Below are positions 50,600 through 64,000 of a stretch of 64,000 nt of DNA, in pieces. The position numbers and the translations under genes were made by a program. Numbering within the stretch: position 1 is the first letter of the stretch; every line of letters begins with the position of its first letter. Below the pieces are notes generated by a model that was not told the origin of the DNA, made no database searches, and saw only the letters and a program-made list of their open reading frames with translations. The DNA comes from Vicugna vicugna (taxonomy: Eukaryota): NCBI GenBank assembly GCA_013265495.1, contig MU058451.1, positions 2,413,305 through 2,477,304 of the forward strand. The letters are read 5' to 3'.

Positions 50600-52915
50600 T
50601 TTTAAAACATCTTTATTGGGGTATAATTTATATACCACAAAGTTCATCTAGATTGAGTACTTTCAGTAAATTTAGAAAGTTACTGAAACATCACCATAAT
50701 CTATTCTTAAAACATTTCTGTCCCTGTGCAATATTTCCCTGTGCCCATTTACCGTCAGTTCCTGCTCCCATTTCCAGCCCAAGGCTTCAGTGATCTGTTT
50801 TCTGTCTCTGTAGGCCATTTGCCTTTTTTGAAAGTTTCGTATAGATGAAATCATACAATATGTCATCTCTTGTGTCTGGTGTCTTTCAAATAGCGTGTTT
50901 TTGAGGTTCGTCTTTGTCATGATGTGTATCAGTTCATTTCTCTTTATTGCTAAATAGTATTCTATTGTCTGGATCAATCACATTTTGTTTATCCATTCAC
51001 CAGTTGGTGAGTATTCAAATTGTTCCCAGATTTTGGCCATTATGAATGCTGCTGCTATGAATATTCAAATACACGTCTTTGAGTAAACATTTGTTAATTT
51101 TTCTTGGGTAGATGTATGAGTGGAATTGCTGGATCATATAGTAAGTTTGTTTAACTTTAAAAAAAAACTGCCAAATTGTCTTCCAAAGTGGCTGTACAAT
51201 TTTCTATTTCCACCAGCAATCCGTGAATGTCTGTTTCTTCATATGCTTGCCAACATTTGTTACTGTCTGCCTTTTTCAGTATAATTATCTTAGTGGGTAT
51301 GAAGGGGTATCTTTTATTGTGGTCTTACTTTGTGTTCTCCTGATGGGTAATGAGGTCGAGCATCTTCTCAGGTGTTTTATTAGTCAGTTGTATATTTTCT
51401 TTGATGAAGTGTCTGTACATATCATTTATTCATTTTAATTGCATCGCCTTATTATTATATTATAAGAGCTCTTTGTATATTCTAGATACAAGTCACATTT
51501 CAGATATATGATTTAATATTTTCCTCTAGTTGGTGGCTTATCTTTTCATTTTCTTAATGGTGTCTTTTGAAGCACAAAAGTTTTAAGTTTTGATAAAGTC
51601 CAATATGCCAGTTTCCTCTTTTATGGACTGTGCTTTTGATGTTGAATCTAAGAAGTCTTTGCCTAACCCATGCTCATGGAAATTTCTCCTATGATTCTTT
51701 CAGAAGTTTTACAGTCTTAGTTTTTACTTTTAAACCTATTCTCTGTTTTAAGTTAATTTTTGTACATGGCTGAAGTAAGGATCTAAAATCTTTTTTTCCC
51801 CCCATATATTTAACTTTTCCAGTACCATTTGTTGAAAGGACTATCCTTTCTCCATTTAATTTCCTTGGTAGTTTTGTCGAAAATTGATTGAACATAAATA
51901 TAAACATTCACTTCTGGGCTGTTCCTTTTGATTCTCTTCCCTTAACCTACACGTCTATCCTTATGACACTAACTTGAATAATGTAGCTTTATAGTTAAAT
52001 TTGAAATTGAGTAATGTAAGTTTTCCAATTTTTTTCTTCCTTTTCAAAAGTGTTTTAGCTATTCTGGGTTCTTTGCATTTCTGTATAAATTTTATAATCA
52101 ACTTTTCAATTTCTACCGAAAAAAAAAAAGCCTGCTGGAATTTTGTCAGCAATTGCGTTGAATCTATAGGTCAATCAGATGAAAACCTCCAACTTAACAG
52201 TAATGTCTTCTAATCCACGAACATGGACTGTCTCTCATATATTTAGATCTTTAATTTCTCATGCAATGTTTCTTAGGTTTCAATGTATAAGTCTTAATGC
52301 TTCTTTACTTAAATTGATTCCTAAACATTTTATTCTTTTTGATGCTATTGTGAATGAAATAGTTAAATTTGTTCTGAATTATTTGTTTCTAGTATATAGA
52401 AATACAACTGAATTCTGTATATTGATTTAGACCCTGTAACTTTACTGAACTCGCTTTTAAGTCCTAGTAGGGTTTTTGTTTGTTTGTTTCTTAGGATTTT
52501 CTACATACAGGATCATGTATCTGCAAATAAAGGTAGTTTTGTTTCTTCCTTTCCAAGCTGCAAGTCTTTTGTTTTTCTCTCCCCTGCCCTCCTTATTGCA
52601 CTGGCTACAATCTCTACTATAACGATGAGTAGAAATGGTGAAAGCAGGCTTTGTGCCAAAACCTTAGTGGAGAGTACTTCGTCTTTCACCATTAAGACGA
52701 CGTTAGCTGTAGGTTTTTCATAGACGTCCTTTATCAAGCAAGGAGGTTCCCTTCTGTTCCTAGAAGGCTCAGAGTTTTTAATTAGAAATGGGTGTTGGAT
52801 TTTGTCAAATGTTTTTTCTGTGTTTCCAGAGATTATCTTGTGGTTTTTCTTCTTTATTAACAAGATTAAACAGCAACTGATTTTCTGACGTTAAATTAAC
52901 CTTGATAATGTTTAA
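50600..52915 (-). mobile_element. Old L1 (L1MB/MC-like) 3' UTR and ORF2 3' half
   Basis: Minus ORFs give L1-like peptides: EYYLAIKRNEL, EIEKLIIKFIQKCKEPRIAKTLLK, EKTFDKIQHPFLIK, YEKPTAN, LSPFLLIIVVEIVASAIR. Confidence 0.9.
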
Positions 52916-52919
52916 TTCC

Positions 52920-54200
52920 TTTTTATATGCTTCTTGATGTTGTCCCACAGTTCGTGAGGCTCTGTTAGTATTTTTCATTCTTTTTTCTGTTATTCTGCTA
53001 TCTGATCATTTCTTTTGATCTATCTTGAAGCCCAGGTGTTCTTTCTTCTGCTGTCTCAAATCTCTCGCTGAATTCAATCCCTCTACTGAATTTTTCATTT
53101 CAATTACTACTTTTTTAACTCTAGAATTTCTATTTGGCCTTAAAAATTTTAGCTCTTTATGGAGAGTCTCTATTTATTGAGTTATTTCACTATACTTTCC
53201 TTTAATTCTTTAAACATGGTTTCCTTTACTTCCCTGAACATACTTACTATAGCTGCTCTGCATTCTTTGTCTGCTGAGCCCAAATGCTTTTTTCCCAGGG
53301 AATACTGGTTACCCTTCCCTTTCTTTGCATTGCTTTTAATTTTTTTTTAAACTAGAATTTTAGGTTCTATATTGTAGTAACTCTGGGTTTTAATGTTTCT
53401 CCTCAGGATTGTTAGTGTTACGGTTTTCTTGCTTGTTTATTAATTTACCTAGATTAAATCTATGGAATCCATTTCCCCACAGCACATGACTGCTTGTGTC
53501 TCTTCTCAGTTTTTTTTAAAAAAAATTATTTCCCCTTTTATTTTGAAACCTGGTTTCCTAGGGGTCACCCTTGTGTCTGTATAACTTAGTGATCAGTCAT
53601 TGCTGGACCGTGGTTGTGCTCAAACATCCTAAGCCAACACAGCTTCTACTCTTGACCAATGAATCTGTATTTGGGTTGGGGAGCACATTCAAAGTTCAGG
53701 CAGTTCCCACCCTCGCTTTTACTTACTGCCAGGCCCTCTTGCATCTCCTCTGTATATGTGCAGAATTTCACAGTCAGCCAGGGATGTGTAGATAGCTTGA
53801 GCTCTCTCTGGTCTCTTCTGCATGTGTATGGAGCCTTTTGATCAGCTGTATTGAGTTTATCAAGGCTCCTTCTTGGTATATCACTTTCTGAGTCTCCCTG
53901 GTAAATTTCTGGCTAGTCTGTTTGTCCACTGTTGATCCCAACCAAGACGGTCAGCTCAGGCTCACCGACTGCTGAACTGGCCTATCCTACTTGTTTGCCA
54001 CGAAGGTGCCTACTGTTACTCACAGTGCCACTGGGAATGGGGTTTCCACATTCCACTTCAAATCAAGGAAGGCCACTCCTTCAGTGAAATTGCTGGTTTT
54101 CATGGCTCTCCTTGACCTTGCAGAACTAATGTGCTGACTGAGCCTGGAGGTGGCGAATGAAATCGGCTACAGGCAGGGACACCACAGACTTCTACCTTTC
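52920..54200 (-). mobile_element. Old L1 ORF1 and 5' region (antisense)
   Basis: gtcccacagttcgtgaggctctgtt...ctgctgtctcaaatct...tgaatttttcatttcaatt...tctagaatttctatttgg resembles L1M ORF1. A more GC-balanced 5' UTR-like stretch follows. Confidence 0.65.
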
Positions 54201-55754
54201 TTTACCTTCTTGCCCAGCTCTCACTCTGCCATGTTGGTAGCCTGCCTTTAAAGCTGTTTTTAATTGCTCTGTTTCTTTCCACGGTACTCAGTTGGTCACT
54301 AAGTTCTGCTGATTTTTTCTCTGCAAGGCTGTTTTCCTTGCCATTTTTAGAGTCAACCCATCAGGGTAACCAGCTCCCATTCATTCCTGAATTACAATGA
54401 CAGAAGCCTTCATCAGTCACTTCTGCATCTGGCTACTAGACTGATCTTACAGACACCAGTATAATCATATCCTTTGCTCCTGACTGAAGCATTGTTCTTT
54501 GCTGCAGAGAACATAAAATTTATTCTGCTCAATCTAGCTGTCAAAAATGTACTCAACTGTCTTGATCTTACGCAACAACATTTATTCCTGGAGTTCCCAC
54601 AAAGTTGAGTTTTTCTTCCCCCACATATTCCTTACCAACTTCCATGCTTCTATTTTCTCTCATGCTGTTTCCCCTATATAGAAAGCCATCATAATTTGTC
54701 TTTCAATTTATAGTCCGTCAACTCCTAAAAGAAGCTTAATAAGGTAAATTCTTCTGCCCTTGATCATTTCCATACTCCAAAGTCATTTCAATATTCACAT
54801 ATGCATGTATGGATTTCTAAAACATTTCTGACACTACATCATGTTGCTTTGAAATGAGTCCTCAATTGTTTTTGTATATGTTTTGTTGTTTCTCCAACTT
54901 TTTCCCTTTTAAATACTTTATTATTTAGAGCAGTTTTAGATTTACAGTAAAATTGAGCAAAAAGTACAGACAGTTTCCATATACCATCTCTAACTTTTGA
55001 TTACACTCAATATGAGAGCTTTCCTTATTTACAAAATAGGAAATACTTCTTTAGCATCTAGTACAGTGGTAGAGATACAGCTGGTGTTTAGTACATGACT
55101 GCTGAATGAATAAACTAAAATGCTTCTTAATTTCCTATGAACGTTTTCAAAAATCTTTTAAGGGAAATGATCACTTTAGTATGTTTTCCCCATCTCCCTG
55201 CCTTCTTGAAGAACTTAACTCTTATGTATACCTCTGGAAGCGGAGATGATACTAAAAATATTTAATAATTAGTGTGGCATAGACATCAACCAAAAGAATC
55301 AGACAACAAAACAGTCCTGAAAACTCCTGATGGCTCAGGAAATGATCCATTAGTTCCTAGATTGTGGGGAGGTCCCAGGGGCCCTGGACATGAGGCCATG
55401 AAAACGAGGGATGAAACATGGGGCAGAAACTATCTGCCAAATGATATGAAAGGATTTAAACAGTTTAACAACTGGTACAACCATATCAGGGGAACAGACT
55501 GAATTTCAGTGCTGCCAACAAGGAAATTGATATCTGGATTTTATAATGACTACAGAATACAGTATCTGTAAAATGAACCTTTGTCACTCATGATCAGTTT
55601 TGGATTTGGAAAGCAATATGAGAACAATGAGTTTCAGAAATGGAAGGTGCAACTCCCAGACTCCCTTTGTCCTAGGAAGTCTTTCTGTAGACATGTGACC
55701 TGGGCTTCACCAATCAGATGCATCCACATAAGCTTTGGTTCAAGAACGAGCCAC

Positions 55755-56310
55755 AATAGCCAAGAGAAATGAAAACTTACATCCACACAAAAACTGCTAT
55801 GTACACAAATGTTCATAGCAGCCTTATTCACAATTAGCCAATGAGTGGAAACAACCCAAAAGTCCACCAACTGATGACTGGATAAACAAAATGTGGTCTT
55901 ATCCATGAAATGGAATATTACAAGCCATAAAAAGAAACGAGGTACTGATACAGGCCACAACATGAATGAACCTTGAAACGTCCATGTAGTATGTTTCACT
56001 TTGTAAATGTTATACAAAGTCAAAGAAGCCAGACACAAAAGACCACATACTATGGGATTCTATTTGTCTGAAATGTCTATAGTAGGCAAATCCATAGAGA
56101 CAGAAAGTAGATCAGTGGTTGCCTAGGGCCGTGTGAGAGTGTGTGTGTGTGTGTGTGTGTGTGTGGAGGCGGGGCGGATTGAGAGGAAATGGGGGGTGAT
56201 TGCTAGAGCACTACAAGATTTCTTTTGGGGGTGATGAAAATATTCTAAAATCGACTGAGGTGATGGCTTTGCAACTCTGTGAATGTATTAAAATCCATTG
56301 AATTGTAAAA
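55755..56310 (+). mobile_element. L1MB-like 3' end with internal (GT)n
   Basis: ccaagagaaatgaaaacttacatccacacaaaaac...aatgttcatagcagccttattcac...ggcaaatccatagagacagaaagtaga...ggggtgatgaaaatattctaaaa. Confidence 0.9.
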
Positions 56311-56545
56311 AAAAAGAAAGGAAGGGAAGGAGGGAGGGAAAGAGAGAGAGAGAAAGAGAAAAGGAAGGAAGGAAGGGAGAAAGGAAGAAAGGAAAGAAAG
56401 AAAGAGAGAGAGTGAGAGAGGGAGGGAGGGAAGGAGGAAGGAAGGAAGGAAGAGAGAAAGAAAGAAACAAAGGAAGGAAGAAAGGAAGAAAGAAAGGAAG
56501 GAGGGAAGGAAGGAAGGAAGGGAAGGAAGGAAGGGAGAAAGGAAA
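56307..56545. repeat. ~240-bp homopurine GGAA/GAAA/GA microsatellite
   Basis: Only two pyrimidines in the tract; it directly follows the L1 3' end. Confidence 0.95.
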
Positions 56546-58720
56546 TGCAAGGTGCAGACAAGAACAGAAAATGGCCAGAAGCCATTGCAAGGCTCAGTTA
56601 GGCAGTATAAGATCAGCGAGAACAAAAGGACCAGCAGGCCAGGGCAAACACACGCGGCAGAGCCTAGGGAAGCAAGCAGGAGCCAGGGCTCAAGGCAAGA
56701 AGATGGAAAGGAAACGCTAAGTAAGGACTGCAGCAAACAGCTGTCTAGGAAGCAGAAATGTATCAGCAACAAGGAGACTAACAGCCAGGTGACTCTGTCC
56801 CTGGGCTGGAGATTTTCTTACTCCGTGCTTCCTACTATGGCAAGAACCTACGTAAAGGCAGGACCTCTCTCTGCGTATGAGGCTGGGTGACCCAGCTCTG
56901 AGGCCTATCAGCATATCAGTCGTTTAGAGTGGGAAATGTCAGCGTGGGTCTTGCCCCAGTGATGATACTTCTTACCAGAAGGGACCAGGTTTGCTGGTAG
57001 CACATCCCTGTACAGCCTATGAAGGGCAATAGGGATATTTTAAAATCACTATGTTGGCCCCTTATTATTTAATTTCACATATGTTAAATATTTGGGGGTT
57101 TAAAGATGTCTTTATATTCCTTCCATCAGAAGATGCAAAAAAGGAGCCAATTAACCAAAGAGTATTTAAAGAAAAAAATAAAATGGGATCTGAAAAAGGC
57201 ATTAACCACCAAGCTAGAAACAAAGAGACCAGGTCAAATAACTATCAGCAATGAAAGAATAAAATAGAAAATTCTGAAAAATAGCCAGCAACTGGTTTGC
57301 CTAAAAAGGAATTTTGGAAATGAGGAGAGGCATGACTTAATCGAAGGTGTACTGCTAAGAGAGAAGGTTACTGTTTTTTTGGTTTTAAATAGTGCAGTAA
57401 ATCATACATAACACCATAATCTGAGTTTACGAGGAAGGTAATACTCTCTAGGTTATAAAAGAGAGCCCCAGTAGGCAATCATGCTCTCAAATCTGTGACC
57501 TAGGGAACTATATTCTATTGATCGTCACTTTTAAAAAGTCTATTTAGGCAACAGTTTTCCACTATAACTTTCATATCCATTTAGCCAATTATATGCATAT
57601 GGTATTTATTGGCTCAATAATGTATCTGGTTATGATTCATTAGTATGAACTGTTAACAGAAAGGTTTTTTAGGCTATTTCCCCAGTGATCTTCAAATCAA
57701 CATCCAATATACAGACCTACAGAATGGCAGGAATATTAAATTCCTATTTAAATAATTTGAAATTAGAACACTGAATTAAAAATTAAGGAACTACTGACAT
57801 GAAACATGCTTGCAGATCCAAACCTGAACAAAATTTATTCGAGAGAAAATCTAGAAAACACCCTTGGGCTCTATTTATACTTTGATTTATCCCCTATGAG
57901 ATCATGAACATGAAATTATCTTCAAAGAGACAGTCTGTTGTGAAACACTGAGCCACAGGTCAGGTGAGGTACAGAGCAAATGACCACACTGAAAATCGTC
58001 TTCAGTGTAGATGGGAAAAGTCATGTTTCGTAAAATCTAAAATCGCACACTTTCTGTTCATTAAAATAGCTGTCATTCATCACTTCGGGAAAGAAAGGCA
58101 GGAGAACCAAAGCAGTAAGGTCAAGTCGTGGGTTTTGACTATGGTCCAAAATCACTTTATAGGTTAAGTTAATAAGTCACTTGTGTGCACAATATCACTG
58201 CATATATATAACCTCTTAGAAATGTGGTCCTGCTGCACTAAGCGTAAGTGAAATTATGAGTCAGTTATAAAATACATAATATTCAATCTTCCCAACTACC
58301 GTCCCCTATCACTCACTGTTGGTTCTGGAAACTGCTTATGTATCTGAAATGAAGAAGTAAAAGATCACTATGGAAACAACAGAATATCCCCTATTACTCA
58401 AAAAAAAAAAATGCAGCTATGAAGTGTTCTAAATGGGATTTCAGAAAGAAGACAAGAGTAACCTTTGCTCCAGGCAAACTTTCTTTCAATGCTTTGATGA
58501 ACATTGATGAAGAAAGACAATTATTTTTCCCTTACAGAATGAAATTGGTTTCTATTGTAGAGTAAACAAATCCAAAATTCACAGTCAAATCTGTGTTATA
58601 TAACACGGGAAATATTTCCACAAAATTGGCTTCTTTCGGAAAGAGAATGAACTCTGAGTGACATGTAACATTTGACACAAAACTCAAAAGGTGCACGCCT
58701 AATGCTTCTTCCTTCTAGCT

Positions 58721-59025
58721 CAGGAATCAGATCAGCAAACTTTCTGTGTCAAAGGGCAGACGGTAAATATTTCAGGCGTCGCAGGCAGTAAAGTCTCTGT
58801 TGTAATTACTCATTTCTTCTGTTGTGTGGCAGTAGCCATAGACAATCCCTGAACATGTGGGCATGACTGTGTTCCAAGAAAACTTTCCTCAGGGGCACTA
58901 AAATTTCAATTCCATATAATTTTCCTACGTCATGAAATATTATTCTTCTTTTGATTTTTTCCCAACCATTTCAAAATCTAAAAGCCATTCAGGAGTAGAC
59001 TGGATTTGGCCCACGATGATTCCTG
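58721..59025. mobile_element. hAT-Charlie MITE (MER58B-like)
   Basis: Terminal inverted repeat caggaatca / tgattcctg and TSD ttctagct / ttctagtc. Internal cagcaaactttctg, gtagccatagacaat, tgtgttcca. Confidence 0.9.
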
Positions 59026-59124
59026 TTCTAGTCCACTGAGTAATAACTAGCCGGTGGTGAGACATCATTCCTGGTGACTTTCCCTCCTGAAGTATTTTTT
59101 TGAAGGCATGACTAAATTTGTAAC

Positions 59125-59250
59125 TGTGTGTGGTGATGGATGTTTACTAAACTTGTCAGTGATCATTCTGCAATATATACATATATGAAATCATTATGTC
59201 TGTCTACCTAAAACTAATCTAATGTTGTATTTCAATTTTACCTCAGTTAA
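59125..59250 (+). mobile_element. Short L1 3' end
   Basis: gtggtgatggatgtttactaaactt...gatcattctgcaatatatac...aaactaatctaatgttgtatttcaattttacctca. Confidence 0.7.
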
Positions 59251-60739
59251 GAAACAGCTAAAAAGCAAAAACCAGAAAATGCTATGTGAACTACTGGACT
59301 AATTCCTGAAATATAAAATGTAAAAAAAAAAAAAAGATATGATTGAGTTCCTTAACTATAAAATATATTTGTGTAAAATGGGAATTTCATACAATAAAAT
59401 GAAAAGTCATCAGAAGCAATTTTAGTCCTACAGTCATGGGATAAGTTTCAGATAGAAGAAATATTCTGAAACACAAAAATCAACAAATATGAAAGCACTT
59501 TCCCAAAACAAACATTAAGATTGATGTGTCTATTTACTACCTCTCTTAGCATCCGAGTTCATAAAAAGTTAACAAAAACCAGCTGGCAGCTCCAGAACCC
59601 CCTAGAAGCTGCCAGTGGCAGTGGTCATGCTCTCTCTTTCAACAGTCTATGGCCCTCAGCACTGTGGCTTCAGAGTGGAGCAAGTGAAACAGTAAGGTTC
59701 AAACTGTAACACTGAATCTCTGTAACACAAAGAATGCCACCGCCCTACTGCACGTACCTCTAGGATAATGACATGAGGTCTGTTACTACGCAGAGTCACT
59801 GCAATGTGTCCTCTATGTTAATAAACAGCTTTATTTGTCTTGGGTAATTTTGCTCAAACCTATGAAGTCCGTGCCTCTTTATATTCTCAGGGATGTAGTC
59901 CCAAATGACACTATTCAGTGACTACTGACTTACACACTACACTGGGAAATGCTAGAATCAGGAGAGAGCCCTGGAACCTGAGAAAAGTAAGTTAGACACT
60001 GAGAAGGATGTACTCATATACAAGACAGGTCAGAAAAATTCAGAGTTACAAACAGGTCGGTAAAGAAATTAACGGAGATATGTGATGGATTTCTAATGAC
60101 AGTCACATGTATTCAGAGCATGTAAATACTCTGAGGTCAACATTTAGAAGTCCTCAGGGTGCTCTCAGAAAAGCCATCTAAAGCCATCACCAGAGAAAGC
60201 ATCCTGGGCCAAACATTTTGCTTCTCTCACAAATTCTATCACATCAATTCTACCTAATACAAGTCATTCTCATTTTTCTTAGAAATTCAATTTACTTCCA
60301 TCCTATAAACATGTATGCAGTGACTCCCAAGAGCTAGAGCACAGACACAGAGGATATCAAGACAAAGAAGACACCGCCCTGACCTCACTGAAGTCGCTGC
60401 CCAGTGGAGGAGGCCGATGTGAAAACCAGTGATGGGAAAGCAGTTTGGTAAGTCTAACAGCAGGGTGATGCACAAAGTTGGTTTGGGGAAGGCTTACTGA
60501 CTGGAGTGACATTTGGTTGGATCTGATGGATACAAAAACAAAAGTTTCTCTTATCATCAAGAGGAGAACGGACCAGGCAGAGGGAAGAGTGTGGAGAAAG
60601 ACAGATGCAAGAGAGCATGAGACGTGGGAACTCAATTCTGCCGGGGCATGGAGTGTGGGTATAAGTTAGGCACAGGGTGAATGGTCAAGGATGAGACCCG
60701 AGACATAGGCAGGGACCAAGCCGTAATGCCCTTGGAGTT

Positions 60740-60965
60740 CACCCTGTCCAACACACACACTTGAAATGTGGCTAGTCCAAGATGAGACGTATGAAAAAAA
60801 GATAACATATCTCAGTATTTTAAAGAGTTGATTGCTGGTTGAAATGATACTTTAGATACATTGGGCTAAATAAAATACATTGCTAAGACTAAATTTACCA
60901 GTTTCTTTTTATTTTTTAAATGGGTCTACTAGAAAATTTAAAATTATTTATGTGGCATTTTATCC
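60740..60965. mobile_element. Partial MER33/MER3-like hAT MITE
   Basis: cacttgaaatgtggctagt...ttgggctaaataaaatacatt...ctactagaaaatttaaaatt. Confidence 0.7.
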
Positions 60966-61039
60966 CTTATGTCGCAGTCCTTGTGGTGGATTCCTCGACA
61001 GCCACTTCACACCAAGCATTTAAACTAGTAGTGGTCTCT

Positions 61040-61451
61040 TTTCTCCTGTCCGTGGCTACATTAGACCATGGGCATGTGACGACCCAACCCAGGCCTGAGC
61101 TGAGAAGGAAAGATGGCTGGAGGAGCTCTGGACACAGGTGTCTTTGCCCCTAAAGGGAGACAGCAGAAGATCCGATCTCATGTTTTCTCTTAGATGTGGC
61201 TATGCTGCCTGTGACAGAGAACTCCTGGGGCCATCTTTCCATGACACAGAGGTTACAGCAGAGGATAGTAGAGTTAAGAAGTGAAATAACCTGACTCCCT
61301 GTTGACATTACTGAGCTGCTTCATCAATCAACCTTGGAGTTCACCCTTCCTCTGAACTTCCTGTTATGCGAGATAACAAGGTTCCTTATTATTCGAGCCA
61401 ACGTGAGTCAGGTTTCCTGTTACTTGTAGCCAAAAGCATCCTAGCTGATAC
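61040..61451 (+). mobile_element. Old MaLR LTR (MLT1J/I-like)
   Basis: gggcatgtgac...tgacattactgagctgct...ttcctgttacttgtagccaaaagcatcctagctgataca terminus. Confidence 0.75.
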
Positions 61452-61979
61452 AGTCCGTCAGACTAAAGAGCAAGGCAGTAGCGGCACTCTCATTGACGAC
61501 CACCTAGCACTGCAGAAGCTCTGTACGCAGCCTAGGACCAATCGCTGTTGTGATAGCGTACATTTAGCCAGTATGTGTGAAGGCTTTTCTCTTTTCATTT
61601 TAAATTACTATACGGCTGTAAGACGTTACGAAACAATTACTCAGGAAGAGAGACTTTTAATTAATCAGAAAAAGAACTATGAGCAGAATTTAATCAATCA
61701 AAAGTGGAAGAGAATACTCATAAGATTTGTAAATTGTTACCCTTAATGGGTGCCCTTTTGTTGAATTCTAGTCAAAGCACACACATCAGGAACAACTCAC
61801 TTTGATTTTACCAGTCTGGACATAAACCCTTAGCGGTGATGCAGCAAATGAAGCAAATAAGCAAATGGTACAGCTTACACCTCACAGAGGTACCATGAGA
61901 ATTAAACAGAGTAGCTTATGCTGAGCCTAGCACAGTATCTAGTACATGGTAAACACATTATATACAAATCTGGTCCTTA

Positions 61980-62210
61980 TTCAGACTAGTGGTCATCAGT
62001 GTGGGGAGGGATAGGGGTAGGGGATGAAGAGGTACAAACTACTGGATATAAAATAAATAAGCTACAAGAATATATTGTACACCGCAGGGAATATAGCCAA
62101 TATCTTATAAAAACTATAAATGGAGTATAACCTTTAAAAATTACAAATCACTAGGCTGTACACCTGAAACCTACATGATACTGTAAATCAACTATACCTC
62201 ATTAAAAAAA
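61980..62210 (+). mobile_element. L1 3' UTR end (cetartiodactyl-type)
   Basis: gaggtacaaactactggatataaaataaataagctacaag...gggaatatagccaata...ctgtacacctgaaac...tcaactatacctcattaaaaaaa. Confidence 0.85.
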
Positions 62211-62601
62211 TAAGTTTAATTCTCATTTCTTTTCTCTAGTGAAATTGTTGATTTTTAAAATTCTAAGTAAAGTGTTAAGTAAGCATGGTCATGTATTTGA
62301 TACCATAACCTCGCTTTGTGATGACTTGAGGTCAGATTACAGCAAACACTAATATACATGTTACACTTCACTGGCTAGTTAGTTCTTGGTTAGGTGGTTG
62401 ACTTATTAGTTCATTCTTTTATTTATACAAAGCAGGCAGATCCAGAGCTAACCGAAACAAAGTAACGTAGGCAGTGAAAACACTATTCACCGGAAACTGA
62501 GCTAAGTATATTGACGACTCTATGCCTGCTGACCCAGGATTTGTGAAATTGGTGAGACTGACAATGCAGTCTGAATGGAGATATATAAAAAGAAAATACA
62601 A

Positions 62602-62745
62602 GGGGGTAGGGTTGAGCTCAGTGGTAGAATGAGTGCTTCGCATGCATGAGGTCCTGGGTTCAATCCCCAGTATGTCCGTTAAGATAAATTAATTAACAAT
62701 AAACAAACAAACAAACAGAATTACTTCCTACCTACAAAAAAAAGA
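62602..62745 (+). mobile_element. tRNA-Ala-derived SINE (Vic-1 type)
   Basis: gggggtagggttgagctcagtggtagaatgagtgcttcgcatgcatgaggtcctgggttcaatccccagt. Near-TSD aaagaaaatacaa / aaagaaaattcaa. Confidence 0.85.
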
Positions 62746-63404
62746 AAGAAAATTCAAAGACAAGGAAGGAAGTTTACGACTTTGAGACTGTAACTAGAAG
62801 GTGACTGCTGTACCTAAAAGAGACAGAGAGGGAGAGCTACCTGTAACACTTAAGAACAATGAAGAAAGATGCAGAAAGGGTATCAGGCCTGTGGGGGAGT
62901 ATGGACAGTATCTGTTGAGTTAGACCAAGATCTGTATCTGTAAATTTAAACTCTGTTTATATTCAGGACAATTAAACGTTGTAAACTAATACGAATTTAT
63001 AATATCACAATTATTGTGATGAATAAGGCAAACACATGTAGAACATTCTCACTCACACACATGGGGACCTCCAGACAGACACCGCCCTGAGTGCTCACTG
63101 CTCGGATGAGAATTCAGAGTTCCCAAATGGGAAACAGTGGCCTACAGGCCCTACCCTAAACTCAGACAAGGGTAGGCTTAGACAAGTTTTTGGACACTAA
63201 TAATTATTCCAGGAGGTCAGAAGCAGGCCTTAACTAGCCACTGACATTCAGAGGAGCTCTAAACCAGGCTATCAGTTAAATATAGGGCACTTCCAAGGTG
63301 GAGCCAACGCACACAGAGAATACAGGAAAGGAAAGGGGATGCCAGCCTCCCACACTTCACTGGGGTCAGTACCACATGAGTAACTGGTAAAAGAATGTTT
63401 GGGT

Positions 63405-63700
63405 TTTTTATTTTAAGTTAGATTTACTGAGGTATAATCTCCATACAGTAAAATTTACCCCTTTCAGTGTACAGTTCTGTAAGTTTGACGAATGCATACA
63501 GTCGTGTTTCCACCACCACAATCAAGACAGAATACGCTACCACCACCCCCAAACTCCCTCATGACAGTTTATGGTCGATCCCGCCCATCCCCTGGCAACC
63601 AATGCCCTGTTCTCTGTCTCTACAGTTTTGCCTTTTCCAGGATGTCATACACATCGAATCTACAGTATGCGGCCTTCTGAGTCTGGTTTCTTTCATCTAT
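63405..63700 (-). mobile_element. L1M 3' end (antisense)
   Basis: tttactgaggtataatctccatacagtaaaatttaccc...caccaccacaatcaagacagaa...cccctggcaacc. Confidence 0.85.
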
Positions 63701-63719
63701 TATGATGTAACTGCAACAA

Positions 63720-64000
63720 TGCCAGTGAGACTGGGACACAGTGAAAAAGAGAGTGGCAGGAATTCAAGTTGGAGAAGTGGAGGGGGCCACATCCCACAGG
63801 CACTGGTATCCACAACAAAAACTCTGGATTTACAGTAGGTGTGATTAGAAGCCAGTGGAAGTTTCTGAGCAGCCGAGTAATGTGATCTGATTACCTTAAA
63901 AATAATTTTGGCTACTGTGTGGAAGACTGCCCAGAATAGAATAAAAGTAGAAAAAAGGAAGCCAGTTTAGAGACTACTGCAGTGGTCTGGGGTAAACATG
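63720..64000 (-). mobile_element. L2 fragment
   Basis: gaagccagtggaagtttctgagcag...taaaaataattttggctactgtgtggaag...gccagtttagagactactgcagtggtctgg. Confidence 0.65.

Noticed and set aside
56211..56772. Several long ORFs of 100-175 aa
   Set aside because: Low-complexity translations of the purine microsatellite.
1..64000. Window-wide AP-1 enrichment; CRISPR array or prokaryotic system
   Set aside because: About 14 TGASTCA sites were counted by eye against a rough expectation of ~8, which is not convincing. No repeat-spacer array or operon exists, and the DNA is mammalian.

Overview
Mammalian genomic DNA, most likely camelid: the young SINEs are all of the tRNA-Ala-headed Vic-1 type, and no primate, ruminant or pig SINEs were recognised. 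No protein-coding exon of a host gene was recognised. The only long convincing ORF (21692-22471) is the C-terminal part of L1 ORF2 in a young, 5'-truncated LINE-1 with a 16-bp target-site duplication (TSD). The window looks intronic or intergenic and carries many L1, L2, MIR, MaLR/ERVL solo LTR and hAT (MER5/MER33/MER58) remnants. Visual A>T skew and LTR orientation hint at transcription on the minus strand. The most notable structures are: (i) a ~180-bp, ~84%-identical inverted duplication of mostly unique sequence (18966-19144 / 19710-19900), part of which is also copied from a nearby L1; (ii) a minus-strand CCAAT + GC-box + splice-donor module resembling an alternative first exon (17612-17779); (iii) a tailless tRNA/SINE 5'-half retrocopy with a TSD (16455-16492); (iv) a perfect 386-bp tandem duplication (116-888); and (v) a consensus CTCF site at 49453. 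Repeat subfamily names come from recalled consensus sequences, and boundaries without TSDs are approximate. The sequence alone does not establish a new biological system.
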